NCBI GenBank assembly: GCA_011109175.1
Contig: RDEW01000043.1
Span: 372,001-436,000 of the forward strand
Direction of reading: 5' to 3'
Source of the DNA: Dicyema japonicum
Taxonomy: Eukaryota > Animalia > Dicyemida
Length of the DNA: 64,000 nucleotides
Shown: positions 35,500-49,325 of the stretch, piece by piece
How positions within the stretch are numbered: the stretch's first letter is position 1
Layout: the number at the start of each line of letters is the position of its first letter
The notes under the pieces: model-generated
Seen by the model: the letters and a program-made list of their open reading frames with translations, nothing else
The model's database searches: none
What the model was told of the DNA's origin: nothing
Translations under genes and position numbers: made by a program

Positions 35500-37750
35500 A
35501 CAATATTTGTTATGTGTCACTCCTTTCCTGATTAACTTGCGGAGACCAATTGTTAAATTCTCCAGATTTTTTCTAAACCAAGTCCAAGTTCCAGATTATT
35601 TTCTGACACAAAATATCTATGTCATCTGCATATATAATCTCCATCGGCTTGCATCCTTCACATTTTGTTCTAAGAGCTCTCAATGCCGCTTCCAGGTATA
35701 CGACGAATAGAACCGGAGATAGAAAGTCCCTCTGAGGTATTCCAACTGTTGTCCCGAAAGGCTTCGATGTTGTGTTCCCAACTTGTACAGTTAATTCAGT
35801 GTTTGATAATAGGAAACGGACAAGTCTTGTGTTATCCTCATCAAGAAAACTTTTATGTTGACAGTGTCAAACGCACTGGACATGTCCACTCCCAAAATCT
35901 TAAAATTACTCCTGTATCGTTGACACATAGCACATATCCACCTGTGGCACCAAACAACATCTGCGGTCGAGCGTCCCCTTCTGAACCCACTCTCTCCTGG
36001 CGACAAAAATTCATAAACATCAGAAGATATCCGACTAAGGGTTATCGAGATAGTATCTATCTCAATGATCCCAGTAATATCACAGGTCTTAGATTTTTAT
36101 CGGTCCCTTGCTCTTTCCTGGTTTATGCTGAGGAATCAAAATTCCATCACCAAGTTTTAAGGGGAATACGTCTCAAATATCTTATTGAAAATCTTTGTAA
36201 TGAGGGTTGTCAGTTCGCCTGGTGCATACATAATCATTTCTCCATATATGTTGTCTGGTCCCACTGCCCTGTTGTTGTTTAATTTAATGATTGTCAAGTT
36301 AGTTTCCTTTGTAGAGATCGGTAGATTCAGGCTTCTTGGTGACTTCTCAAATGGCTCCACATATGAAGTTTCATTTTCATTCAAAAGTCCTGAAAAATGT
36401 TCGGCAATAATCTCAGTTTTTCTTTATTATCCAATACATTTCTTCCTCGACTGTCGTGAATACAAATATTCGTAGGTTGAACTCCCCTCTGCAAAAGGCG
36501 AACTGCTCGAAACATTTGCGTTCCGTATCCCAACTTCTCAATTTCACTGACACGTTCGTCAATTTTCTTGACATAAATTTCCTTCTTCCTCCTTCTAATC
36601 TCCTTGACAATACGATTTCTTTCTTTTCTTAACTCGTTGTAAGTATCATTATTTGTACACGATTCCATTCTCAGCCGCAATTTTTTGTTTGTTTAATTGA
36701 TAATGATCCAATTTCGTGATCGAAGACCCCTTTAAATCCTGCCCGCCTTTTTTCCCCAAGCACGTCAAAACTCGCTTTCTTTATTCCATAACAGTAGCAT
36801 TCCGAATCATCTCTGGGGGATTTTCCATATTTATGTTCACAATCTCTTTCTTAATTGCCATACAATAATCTTCACGCGTCTCCTTACATAAGCATAATTT
36901 TTCCACAATAAAACGATCCAGATAAGCTCTCTTCTTTCTAGCTCCATCTTTTCCGAAATATCTTTTCATTCTGAAACGTGCAACCAGCAGTTTATGATCA
37001 CTATAAGTGATGGTGCCTCCATAGCTGCGGGAGTCTGTTAATAAAGCACGAAGAGATCTTTTACATATAACATAATCAATCTGCTTGTATATCAAGACAT
37101 AGTCACCATTTCCATCCATTCTGAGTCCAGTCCACGTAGTCTTATGCCTCGCATTGTGGTCGAATGCAGAATTACAAATGAAGTAGTCAGACATGTTACA
37201 AAATTGCGCAAGCGATTCTCCTGACATATTCCTCCTCCCCCTGGCATGTCTACCCATACAGGGTTCTCTCCGTGGACAGTGTCCCACTATAGCATTCCAA
37301 TCACCACACAAAAAAGTCATAACTTTAAGATCAGAGATGGTATCCGTTAATAAGATAATAAAACAGATCAAGTTCATCGGGATTTGTAGAAACCCTCGCC
37401 ATTGTGGGCACTTAGACATTAATTATGGATATAAAGGAATTATCAGTCCTCCCACTCTTAATCTGGAGTACTGCTATTCTGTCATTCACCCTCCACACTC
37501 TGTGGATTCTCCATCAAGACACTGATGTATAGCAAAGCCAAGTTCGTAGTGGTTGCATTTGGAGTCTAGTAGTATAAGTCTAAACTCTCCGTAATTCTCC
37601 TCAACTGCATCCTTCACTTTAGTCTCCTGTATACTGCATATAGTGACCTTATGTGATATAAAGTCACTTATTAAATCCTCCTTTTTATGTTTTTCTTTCA
37701 ATCCTCGGACGTTCTCGGACGTTGAATGACGCCAGTGTGAAGAGATCATT
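35500..37750 (-). mobile_element. RTE-like LINE, APE plus RT, frameshifted
   Basis: SIQETK, GDWNA, QIDYV and SDH (APE); AVGPDNI, GFRRGRSTAD and DMSSAFDTV (RT). Confidence 0.9.
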
Positions 37751-38329
37751 CGTCATGCGTGAAATAGACATAATAATTCAAGAACCACGTCACCAGTCAA
37801 CCAAAAAGAATGTACTTTTCTAAAAAAAATATTTACTGATATATTTTTTAATTGTATTTAATTTTTTATAGATGTGTGATAAAAAAGTAAAACAACGTAT
37901 ATATTGGATGAATACTTAAAATTTGGAGTAATATCCTACGAGCATAACAAATAACTTTTCATGTGTCTTATGTTTAAGAAGGTTTTTACAAATGAAGGAA
38001 TGAAACCCACAAGAATGTCAAATCATCTAAAGATTTTTCATCCTGAGAAACTTGATGCAGATGTTAATTAGTTTCTGAAATATAATTATGAAAATCGTCT
38101 CATAATTAATCAAATATTTACCAAAAATTCGAAGATGCTTGAAAAAGGCCTATTATCATAATACAAGATATCCCAATTGATAGCAAAATCAAGAAAACCT
38201 CATACTATTGGAGAGTCCTTAATATAACTGTCAAGGAAATATTTGATTTAATGTTGATTGTGATTCTGATCAAATAAGTTAATAAATTCCTCTCAGCAAT
38301 TGTTCTGTCTCCTCCAGAATTGATGAAAT

Positions 38330-38870
38330 GCAAAAAATCGTTTGGAGCGAAGCTCGTCGCGAATGGTGTGAAACTGGTTTGGATATGCCGAACGATCCTT
38401 CAAGGTAACGTGACTGGGATGATATCTACTCCAAGAAAATCTTCGACGTGCTAAAGTCTGAGGCCAACCAGCATCGTCTTGCATGCCTCGTGTTCGCCGC
38501 CAACCATGGGAGCGGAACGTGGCTGGATGCACTCCCTTGTTCCTCCCTGGGACCCTTTTGGACGATGATTGTATTCGGATTGGGATCGCACAACGCCTGG
38601 GAGTTGATGTTTGCGTCGAACACCAATGTCGTTGTTGAGGGATCGTCGATGCCAAAGGGCTTCACTCCCTCTCGTGCAAAAGGAGTGCGGGCAGAGCACC
38701 CCGCCATGCTGCTATGAACAACATTGTCTTGCAAGCTCTTGAAGCGACAGGCTTCCCGGCAATACTGGAGCCTGTGGGATTGACCGCGGAGATGGGAAAA
38801 GACCGGATGAGGTTAACTATCTTTCCGTTCACTGAGGGAAAATCGCGCCGTCGTGACTGCGAAGGTCCGT
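38330..38870 (+). mobile_element. CRE-like RLE retrotransposon fragment
   Basis: EANQHRLACLV...GSGTWLDALPC and LQALEATGFPAILEPVGL, homologous to 43070-43500. Confidence 0.85.
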
Positions 38871-38995
38871 CACTCGACCGATACGTGCTTGTGCGAGGAC
38901 GTGGGAGGAGCATCGGGCCAAGATGAGGTCCCTGCTAGAGCGTGCTGGTATCACGTGATTAGTTAGTTTGTGTGACCGTGGTTTCTGGTGTTGTT
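38870..38995 (+). mobile_element. Extreme 3' end of ...GIT* LINE
   Basis: RTWEEHRAKMRSLLERAGIT* followed by a short UTR. Confidence 0.7.
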
Positions 38996-39043
38996 GTTAT
39001 TGTTATGTGTGGGCCGAGGCCACATACTGGCCGTGACATACTA

Positions 39044-40380
39044 CAGTCCGACCGAATTGGGGCACCAAGTGCCCCAAAAAGCGGGGGTGCCCCAAAAACA
39101 GGGGTTTAATAAAACAGAGATTTTAAACATCACAAATCAATTTTAGAAAAATAATCAGTTAATTTATCCCTAGTTATCCTTTTACTTCTTACATTTTTCA
39201 TAAAATTAAGTCGAAATTTCAGGAGATATGTAAAAAATTTTCTTCTCTAACTGATTAAGAGAATCTTGCGTTTCTCTTAGAATTGTTTCCATGTTATTTT
39301 TCTTTTTTTTTCGTTGTAAATATTATCAACGAATTCGTCACTTTCCCAATTCAATGTTTCGTCTACGGCATTGTTGATCATTTCTTCTGTAATGGTATCT
39401 TCAATTTTTACGGAATCAGGAATCTTTTCAATTTGATTCCAACAATTAAATATTAAACTGGATCAAGTTTTTCCCAGCTTTTAGAAATTAGCAGAATTAC
39501 ATGACGAAGGTTTATTTTGTTTATCAACCGTTTGAATTCATCATAATCCTCCTCAAAACACAAATACTGAATCAGATAATTTGAGTAATAATCTTTAAAG
39601 GTCTTGATAATTCCCATATCCAATGGTTGCAAATACGGTGTTGTATTTTTTTGGCAAAAATAAAAACTCAATATTTGAGCATTCAATAGTTTTATGACAT
39701 CCCGCATTATCAAGCAATATTAATACTTTTCTGTTGATTGTATAAAATCTTTCATTTATTCGAGTCAACCAGCTCATAAAAATATTTCCAGTCATCCAGC
39801 ATTTTAAATCTGTCAAGCCAGCCGTTTGAAGCTTTGAAAGTATCAAATCCAATTTTTGAAGCCGTATATAAGGCAATTTTCTTTATGAAAGGACCTGATA
39901 TTGGAACCTTATCTTCCCGTAGTTTATGAAATATTTCAAAAACTTGATTATCGAATTTAGATTTCTCACAATAAGGCATAGTTTCCTCATCCGTGTTTAT
40001 AGTACCTTGTTCAAGAAAAGGTACAATTGTTTTTTTATTCGCGAAATCATGCCTTTACTAATTTTGTATTTTTTAATTATCTGTCTTTCAGATAATTTGT
40101 TCTTCAATATCAATTTAGCAATCGTTAATTTTGTTTCGTAGTTGATAACCATTCACAACAGAAAATGTAAATAAACGTGTAAATTAAAATTATATATTTA
40201 TTAATAAAATATAATTTTATTTACTTATAATTTCATTCCCCACAATTTTATAGTGCCCCAAAATTTCCATATTTTTTATCGATTTTCCATTTTACTCTGC
40301 AAAATGTTGGCCAATAAAAAAATGCCCCAAAATGCGGGGTGCCCCACCCCTGGGGTCTGCCCCAATTCGGGGTCTGACTG
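39044..40380 (-). mobile_element. pogo/Tigger-type transposon with TIRs, TA TSD and internal deletion
   Basis: TIRs CAGTC(C/A)GACC..GAATTGGGGCA with TA flanks. CENP-B HTH (FKASNGWLDRFK) is fused directly to DDE_1 (WMT...LLDNAGCH...LQPLDMGII). Confidence 0.9.
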
Positions 40381-41029
40381 TATATATAAGTTTTATTTTT
40401 TATTATTAATAATCTATTTTAATGAAATGTTTTCTGAAAAAATTTTTTTTTTCGTATTTTGAGCATTTGACCTCGCAGCTCAGGACTGTGATATGTAATA
40501 TTTTTATAATTTTAAGCGGGCCACACCTAAGTAGCAGCAGGCCGCCCTTGAAAACCACTTGTTAAGATCAACAAATTTTTCAATTCAGATTGATGAATCA
40601 ACATGATATCATTGGATTATTATTAGTTTACGTACGTTATGTCAATCAAAGTGATGTAATTCATGAATAATTTTTATTTTCTGAACACCTTCAACTCGAC
40701 ACTAAAGGCTCAACAATTTTTTAAAATTAAATCTTCTAAGAGGCGCTGAAATTTTGAAGCTTCAAAATTGTATCAAAATGGGGTGCTGACTTAAAAAAGG
40801 TTAAGAACCAATGTATTAGACAAAAATACTATTGACCTGATTATTGCAGCAGCTGGAGCATTGACTGTTTTTTTCTGATGATGAGATTGTTCACAAAAGC
40901 AGCCCTTCTGATAAGGAGTAGGTAGTGTTTCCATTACTTAGGCAGAACTTAATTTATTTAAGTAAGGCTTGTCATTCTTTACTTTTCGTTTGTGTGAGTT
41001 CCAGAAAACAATCCAGTAATTAAACACTG

Positions 41030-43838
41030 ATGACGGCGTCAATCGTCAACTCCAAAGTATCGTAGATAAGTGGAACCTTCAACTGAATAGACAGCAGCGG
41101 GATTTGAACAGGAAACCGCATGATTTTAGTCCGGAACTTATTACACTGAGACATGAGACTATTTGCCAGAGAATTTGTACTTGTAATAAAAATTGATTTA
41201 TATAATATTTTTGACGTGTCTTTTCAGATGCCATTGATCACGCACTGTCCTCTGACAGTTGGGAATCCTGGCTAAAACTTATATGCTTTGCACCTGTCGC
41301 ACTCGGAATACCTACAACGGAATCTGAGGACAATAATAAAGAAACAAACTCCCGACTCAACTTATCCGGGAAACTGAAACGAAACATAATGAATTTTAGC
41401 TGTCATAACATACACGCAATACTTGAACATCCACTTAATGTCAATGAGGTCGAAACCTGAGGAGCATTCATCAAAGATGCCCCCAACAAACTAAAGGAGA
41501 GAGTAAACAGGAAACTTCTGGAAGGCGACGTGCGGGCAACCTTACGAGTTATCACATCCGATGACACAGTATTGTCTTGTACTCCCGAGGTTCTAAATAC
41601 CTTAATACTAAAGCATCCAGATGCACCGACTGACTATGAAAAGTTTTTGAATCCTGAAGGAACCCAGGAGATAATCATTACTGAATCCGAAGTGCGCCAC
41701 GGAATAACTTCCTTCGCGGCTAGCAGCGGTGGAGGCTTGGAAGGGTTACGTCCTGGCCATATTAAGGACCTTACGTCCACTTACACCTCGGAAGCTGGAC
41801 GCTGTCTTGTCAAATCAATTACGGACCTAATCAGAAAAATGGTTAACGGCGACATCCCAAAATATGCCAGAGAATTGCTCTTCTCTGCAAGGCTACTTGC
41901 TTTCAAAAAACCCAACGGAGGAATCCGCCCCATTGCGGTCGGGAACTATTTTAGAAGACTTGCAGCAAAAGTAGCATCGACCATGGTGAGCCGACAACTC
42001 GGAGAGGAGTTCTTTCCTAAACAAATGGGTGTTAGTATCCAGAACGGATGTGAGGTTGCGGTTCATGCAGCAAGGCGTTTCTTCACACAGAAAAATATTT
42101 CAAATGAATGCATTGGAATCAAGTTGGACATAACGAATGCCTTTAATTCTCTCAGAAGAGACGAAATTATGAAAACGTGTTGGAAGAGGGCTCCAAAGCT
42201 TTTCCCTCTTGTCAATCTATCCTATGGGGAAGATACGTCTTTGGTTTTTGAAAATGAAATTATTAAATCAAAAACGGGTGTACAAGGAGATCCGCTCGGA
42301 CCTCTATTATTTGCCTTGACCATTGATGAGGTTGTGAGTCAATTGATGCTCAGCTAAATCTCTGGTACCTCGATGATGCCACAATTGGAGGATCGTTCAA
42401 AGAAACATACAATTCATTACGTAAAGCGTTACCCGCTTTAAAACATTTGGGCTTGGACATCAATGTTAACAAATCAGAGCTAATAAATGTCTCATATCCA
42501 TACACCGACTTCCTCTCTATCAAGGAGTCTTTTAACGAACTGCTTCCTGGGATCCCGACTGTGCCAGTTGATAAATTATATTTCCTCGGATGCCCACTCA
42601 GCGAAGAAGAACTCAAGAACCATCTACTTTCCAAAAATGAAGAATTAACACGCCTTGCGAAAAGATTGTCATGTCTCGACTCTCACACATCTTTCTTCCT
42701 GATGAGAAACAACATCGGACTACCCAAGCTTTTATATCTACTCCGATGTTCACCCTGCTACGAACAATATGACATTCTACTTTCAATAGACAAGTCTCTC
42801 AAGCAAACAGTTGAGTCACTAATTAACGTCCGCTTCGACGAACTTGGTTGGAAACAATGTAAGCTTCCCTCTGGATTTGGGGGTGTCGGAATGAGATCGG
42901 CGCTGGAGGTTGCGTACCCGGCATACCTATCGTCTCTCTCAAGCTGCAGCCATTTGACACGGCAAGTCCTTCATAACACAATTGGACTTTGCTGGAATGA
43001 GTCATTTGACGAAGCTTGTCGGAAATGGAACGGGTCCGGACTCAAAATCCCCGAAGACACAACGAAGCAAAGAAATTGGGATGACATTGTCTGCTCCAAA
43101 ATTTTGGAAGACCTTAAAAAAGAAGCAAATCAACATCGTCTGGCTTGTTTGGTGTCAGCTTCAAGTAGAGGGAGTGGAGCATGGCTTGGTGCAATACCTT
43201 GCCCAAACCTCGGGACCTTTTTGGACGACGATTCTTTGAGGATTGGAATCGGACAAAGGCTGGGACTAGACGTTTGCCAGGAGCACCGATGCCGATGCGG
43301 GAAAACAGTCGATGCGAAAGGATTGCACCCGCTGTCCTGCAGAAGAAGCGCCGGAAGGGGACCACGTCATGCTGCTCTGAATGATGTGATCGTCAGAGCT
43401 CTGAAGGCTTCAGGCTTCCCAGCACAGCTTGAACCAGTGGGTCTTGATCGAGGAGATGGGAAGAGACCTGACGGGATGACCCTTTTCCCCTTCACGTCTG
43501 GAAGATCTTTGGTCTGGGACGCAACTTGCATAGACACGTTCTCAAGCACGAACATTTTTAAATCGGTTCAGACACCTGGAGCAGCTGCTTCGACTGCGGA
43601 AAACCTAAAAATCAAGAAATATTCTTGCCTCGGGGATCGCTACCGATTTACTCCTGTTGCGACCGAATCATCGGGAGCCGTTGGTCCAATGACGGCTGAA
43701 TTCTTGCAAGAACTCGGAGGATTGCTTGCCAGAAAGAAAAGGGATCAACGAGAAGGGTTATGGCTAAGACAAAAGATCGGAATAGCCATACTCCGAGGGA
43801 ACTCGTTCGCAATCCACGCAGCAGGCTTCCTCAACTGA
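41030..43838 (+). mobile_element. Near-complete CRE-clade non-LTR retrotransposon (RT + restriction-like endonuclease)
   Basis: GGIRPIAVG, LDITNAFNS, QGDPLGP, LWYLDD, CRCG...HPLSC, RHAALND and KRPDG...WDATC. RT and RLE halves are separated by a 1-nt deletion near 42342. Confidence 0.92.
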
Positions 43839-43879
43839 CATTTGTTTAATTGTTAAAAAATATTTTTGACTAAAAATTG

Positions 43880-44070
43880 GTTGCTTCAAATAAATTTATA
43901 AGCCGGATGTTTCAACTGCGAGCGGAACGAACTGAACATCCTCACGTAGGACCGCTTTTTTTGCCCATTTTAACTTCTATGCCTTCTCAGCGGCCGAACA
44001 GGCCAAAACAGTCGATTTGGTCACTACATCCGCACGGATGCGGCACACAGACTTTTAATCCGAGTTGTAA
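43880..44070 (-). mobile_element. Short CRE-like RLE fragment, tail-to-tail with the large copy
   Basis: PHPCGCSDQIDCFG and FVPLAVETSG motifs. Confidence 0.6.
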
Positions 44071-44423
44071 TTAGATCCCATTCATCATCCAGAAAGGCAC
44101 CCAAGACTCCATTAAGAATGGCGTTAAGCCAGGCACTGATCTCAGAAGAAACTCACGACAACTAACAGGCACTACGATGTTGATTAGATGACACCGGTAG
44201 ATCTTCAAAAGACTTCCGCCATTGAGAGTTCAGGTCTCAAAATCATGAGAACCATGGTAGCAATAACAATGATAATCTTAAAATCAATATTAGTGAATTA
44301 TCTTAATCAGACTAACAATAATAGGAATTGATTTAATTAAATATTATTAACAAATCAATATAAAATTGTTACAATTCAGTCAATATTGTAAACACGTGAA
44401 TTTACACAATAAAAATACCAGAT

Positions 44424-47261
44424 TCACTCACACTCATCTTGTTGGATCAAACATAAACAATCAGCCAAAATCTTTTTACAATCACACCCCGAAAACATCA
44501 TATCTGAGAGAATAGACTCATATCGCCTCATCATCCTATCATACAACATAACACCCACCTAACTGCCTCGGTGGTGACTTTACACCAATTCAGTATAATT
44601 TGACCACTAATCATCCGAATGTGCTTAACCAGGGCGTCCTCACTTTCACACTAAAACTAACTCAGCGCTAAATACAGTAAACTCCTTATTAAAATCCACG
44701 TGCTCGAATGAATGGCGTCGTGACATTTCTAGTCCATCAGACGAATCAGTGAACTGTACCTCTGTCATGGGGGTTGATGACGATAACTCAGGGATGTGTT
44801 TTTCCTAACATATCAGTCAAATTATCACCAGGATATGAGATACCAGAGACCATTTCTTATGGGAAGTGAGTCCGCATTCATCCATGGACAGCATCCCCCA
44901 CTATAAGACAGTTCATTTATATGGGCGGTGATGACATGATTCACCCTGGCAGATGAGCTTCCAAACCTCCTAACCATCCATTAATTCAACCAACCTCCTG
45001 CATTTATCCCAGGGACACTCCAGTAAAAGATCTTTCCCTTCCTCGGAAAAGTAAGAACCCACGTGGGTTATAATATCAACTGAGCCACTCTCAGAACCAA
45101 TATCTGAGTCCATTTCCCCTGGTTTAAGAGTAGTCTTAACTCCAACGGATGAACCCTCCGTCTCAGAGTTTCTGTCCTTAACAGGGGAGTAAGGAACGTA
45201 GACTTGACTTCGTTTTGGTGGATTCTCAGATAGAAATGAATGTGACTCCCCATCACACAGTCCATTAACTTCCTCAATTGGGGGAATCGTTATCCGTTTA
45301 ATAGAATATTTATTCTTATTGATCTTTTCGGTCAGTAAAGAATCCATCAACTCTGGAGATTTTACCGTCAGGACTTGGTTTTTCTCTTCCCTGTGTTGAA
45401 GTCCATAGAAACAGGTTCCCCCAACCAACTTGACTTGGGGGAATACAGACCACACAAACAAGCAAAAAGGTGGTGAGGGACACCAATAAACTCGATTTTC
45501 TCACAAAATTTCCGATAGAACCAAATAAACTAGAAACAACAGTCTTTGAGTTTTCCACGACCTGGCACGTGTTCATCAACCTGAAAGCTATAGATTAATT
45601 ATATACCACGTGCGTGTCATCTCAACAGTTTCGGTGTCCAGAGTAACACCACCAGACATATTAACAGGAAATTCACGTTTTTGCGGAATGTTTTGAGGTA
45701 AGGGATTGTCATAAGTAACAAACCGAACTTTGTGTTCCCCAAATTTGACTTGTTCAAAATCAAATAAGGCCAACTTTGATCTATCAATCCTCAAAAACTC
45801 CACCAGAACGACTAAAACTCAATAAAACTGAGATAACCGAGGAAATCCTCAACTTTGATGAGGATTTCTGCAATTTTAGGACTAATCCGGTTCAGATTGT
45901 GAAAAAATTCAAGTCCGTTGAGAATAACAGCAATATTTGTCCTGTTTTCGATAAAAATCTCACAAATTGATTGCACAAACGAAATTGTAAGTAAATCCTC
46001 AATAAAATCTTTATTTTGAGGGGAATTGCACAACCCACTCAAAATTTGAATTCCTAACAGTAATTTACAATAAAAACCTTTAATTATGACAGATAGCTGG
46101 CGGTTTTTGATGTTTTGAGGGTCCAAACACTGTAAAAGCAACAACTTAAAACCAAAGGGCACGCATTTTGAAAGATTCTCTCCAAAATGAACCTGAAATG
46201 ATAATTTACAAGCAAACGCGAAAAGAAGCAATTTCCAATGCGCTTAAAGCAATCATTTTGAGTGTTTTCGATCCATTAAATGAAGCCAAAAGCAACAGTC
46301 TCAGTGCATTATCATGCTTTCCTATCAATGAGAGGTTCCAGTCATCAAACATTGAATTATTTAAGATTTTGAGAATCTGAGTTTACAACAAGAATAACCT
46401 TATTTGTAAAAGTTTCTTGTCTCTTTCTTACAGTAGAGTTAATACACTCAACCCTCTGCTCATCCCACAAGCCATTAACAGCGAGACATTTCACAGTTTC
46501 GTAATCATCGGTTGTCAGCCTCCAAAACTACGAAAATCCTCAGATAAGCCAACCTCAGGGAAGCTGACAAATCGGTGGGAGTTCCAATGACGAGAAAACA
46601 CCAAATCGTAGGAACGGTCCTGATTAAATCCCAGCCATGAAAGTATAATGTCAAACAGCCGTTTACACTTTGTCAGATCGATCCTGGGTAAAGGAACTTC
46701 GCTGGTCATTAATAGACAGCAATTTATGGCGAAATCAACGGAAGATGACACACCAGAAAGCAGGGATAACTCCAAATGGAAGCTTGGATTTATTAAGTTA
46801 GTCGCCTCAGCCAGTCCAATCTCTTTTCGTTGAGCATCTTTGATTATCGAATTAATATTTACTGTCAATGTACAGAAAGTTGTAGTTATATGTCGTAGGG
46901 AGAGTGAAGAACAAGTCAACTTCTCTTCTGTTTTCCAAATCGTATGAATCGTCGGCATTCCAGGGATCTCTGTTCTCGAGACCGATCAGGTACCTCATAA
47001 TATATTAGAAAACAAACCGATTGTAAATTTGTCTTAGATAGTTATCAATGCCCAAGGATTTTCCAATCAATCCGATTGATTCAGCCACTTCCTTCCATTT
47101 CTTGCGGGAAACGACAGACTGGTATCCCCCAAGCATCTGCACCTTGTTGTAAAGAAGATACAAGTCAATTTGTACTCCATTTACAGTCGGCAGGTGCACA
47201 ATTGTAGTTCTAAAGCAGTAATTTAAATGAATGACAATGAAAAATTAAAATGGGCGCGCAT
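44424..47261 (-). CDS. ARID2: ARID2 (BAF200, PBAF subunit), multi-exon with mini-introns
   Basis: ARID domain (IDLYLLYNKVQMLGG...W), LELSLLSGVSSSVDFAINCC, GIQILSGLC, RFX-like SVFP region, C2H2-like region, and C-terminal KHIRMISGQIIL...RRYESIL...LADCL, all in ARID2 order. Start approximate. Confidence 0.88.
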
Positions 47262-47924
47262 TTTGAGTGATCCGATGTGTGTCACAAATTAAGTTTTTGC
47301 CGGCAGTTTAGGAGGTTAAAGACAAAAAACTAATGGTAAATATGAGACGCACGAAAAATTAACATTTAATATAAAATGTGGTTAATAAAGCGCATGCGTA
47401 ATGATATTAAAATAATACCGTTGCATCCTGTTAATAGTAAACAGGTCGTTGTAAAACTTTGATCTCTCTGGTCCCACTCTTTCTGTCATCAAAAACAACA
47501 ACAGTCCTAATAAAGATTTTTAAGAATAATCTATTTTAAATATAAAATTCATTATTAAAATTAACTAATTAAATAATTATGTAACATTATTGTCAAATGT
47601 AACATTCTCCCTGCCACTGATGAAGATTACCATTATCAAAACACCCGGTTGGGAATGAAGTGATGTCTGCAACGGTAGGACGTGCCACGAAAATGGACCT
47701 ACTTTCCACCTCTTTTCGGAAGCCTGTAATGGACTATTTAAGGATGGTCGTCACATGCAGACGTTCTCATGGGTTCATTCATTGGATTAGTTTGTTATGG
47801 CTGCTTGTGCTGAACTTGCCGAAAATTTTCTAGTGGCGCTCCCTGGCGACGAGTTCTGGCTTCGAAGTTAGCTTCAGGAGAATATTTTCTGGATCACTGC
47901 ATATGGATGAGGGGGCTCTACTGG

Positions 47925-49200
47925 GACCAGTCAGGATCTCGCTATCAGTTAGTATTGGTTTTACAGTTGGTCTAGTGAATAATTTCATTTCTTAAACTCT
48001 CTCTATTTACGGTTATCGATTATAGTAAGGTTTAGAACATTATTATAATTCTGAGAACACAGAAAGAAGTATCGTCTAAATTAAGTGATCACGGTGTCAG
48101 TGCATCTCCCTCTGTTCCAGCTATGTCTGGAATCTTTCAAGAGTGTCCAAAAGGGAGATGGTTTGTGTTCAAATTTACGAGCATACTCCTTGTAGACAAG
48201 AATCTCCTCTTCAATGGAACTTCCAGAAGACTTCGGCATTTTAAGGAAGTTTCGATGTCTGTCCGCGAGATGTTTCATCATTTTGTGAAATTTAATCTAT
48301 TCCTCAACTATGTGGTCATTCTATTACATTTAACAAGGATTCGCGGGCACTGGTTCTGTATGTCTTATATTTTGTTTTGTGTGGATATTGATAAGTTTGT
48401 AGTCCACACCGCACATGCCTGTTCGATTATTGGTAGGATTATTACTTCACTGTGTTGTTAAGTGAGTTGATTGTATCTAATTAAGCGTTGTTTATTAAGG
48501 TTAGGTGGAATGTTAATTAATTTTTTTTATTCCAAGACCACCGTTAAACCGAAAAAACAAACAAGTGATCTCGACAAATTTAATCCAGGCTCTCAGCTTG
48601 TTTCGATGCTACTCCATGATCCTACACAATCTCTTTGGGTAGGGCTATATCCTGATCCCTTGATCTGGTCTCCTCTATTATTTCTTCTGATTATGATTTC
48701 TAAGGGTGTTGGCATCATATCCTTTTGCCCGTAGACCACTATTCTATCTCTCCAAAAGCCTTTTTGTGTAGCCACGATTTTCTGAGCATTAATCCAAGAG
48801 ATTGAAGGCCCCCTATTAGGCACGTGTATAGGAAATGCATGTTCGATATATTGCAAGTAATGAGTTTTAGAATGGGATGGTTCCCGACTTTGCATAGCCC
48901 CGTTAGGCTTTTCAGGTTGATTTTTTTCTTAAATTTGTTTAGCACATTTGTGTATCATAGATCACTGCCAAGTTTTTGCCATCTCTTACATGGTAATCTT
49001 TTCCCATTCACTTCAATTGACTTTTTTATATTTTTTGTCCGAGGTGAACAGGGATGTAACGGATTTCTCAGGGCTCACTGTTTACAAAGCAGACTCGTCC
49101 CCTCCGTTAGCCATCCAGAATCTAAAATTCTCAGTCATGTTTCTCTGAAATATTTTCCAAGTAAGATTCTTCCTAGGAATGGAGTCGAAGGATTTACATA
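47925..49200 (-). mobile_element. Decayed LINE (RT to 3' UTR)
   Basis: LYADD-like and IIEQACAVW motifs; 47925-48220 is repeated at 58690-58980. Confidence 0.7.
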
Positions 49201-49325
49201 TGTCTACTGTGCATACAGCGGTTTTCTGAAGTTTGGGTTTGTGAATAAAGTCACTCAGAGAGATCAGATGACTGGTGGTTGATCGGTCTTTTTTGAATGT
49301 TAAAATGAGATGTTTAAGTCATTAT

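Larger units (their letters stand above)
37860..40813 (+). mobile_element. Buster/Charlie-type hAT remnant split by nested insertions
   Basis: GMKPTRMSNHL, RKPHTIGE and IPLSNCSVSSRIDEM (to ~38330) resume as LENHLLRSTNFSIQIDES (~40540); hAT-like end AAGGTTAAGAACCAATG at 40813. Confidence 0.75.

Noticed and set aside
41140-41207. Intron inside the CRE element (gtaata...ttttcag)
   Set aside because: Its length equals the coding stretch expected between flanking motifs, so decay is the simpler explanation.
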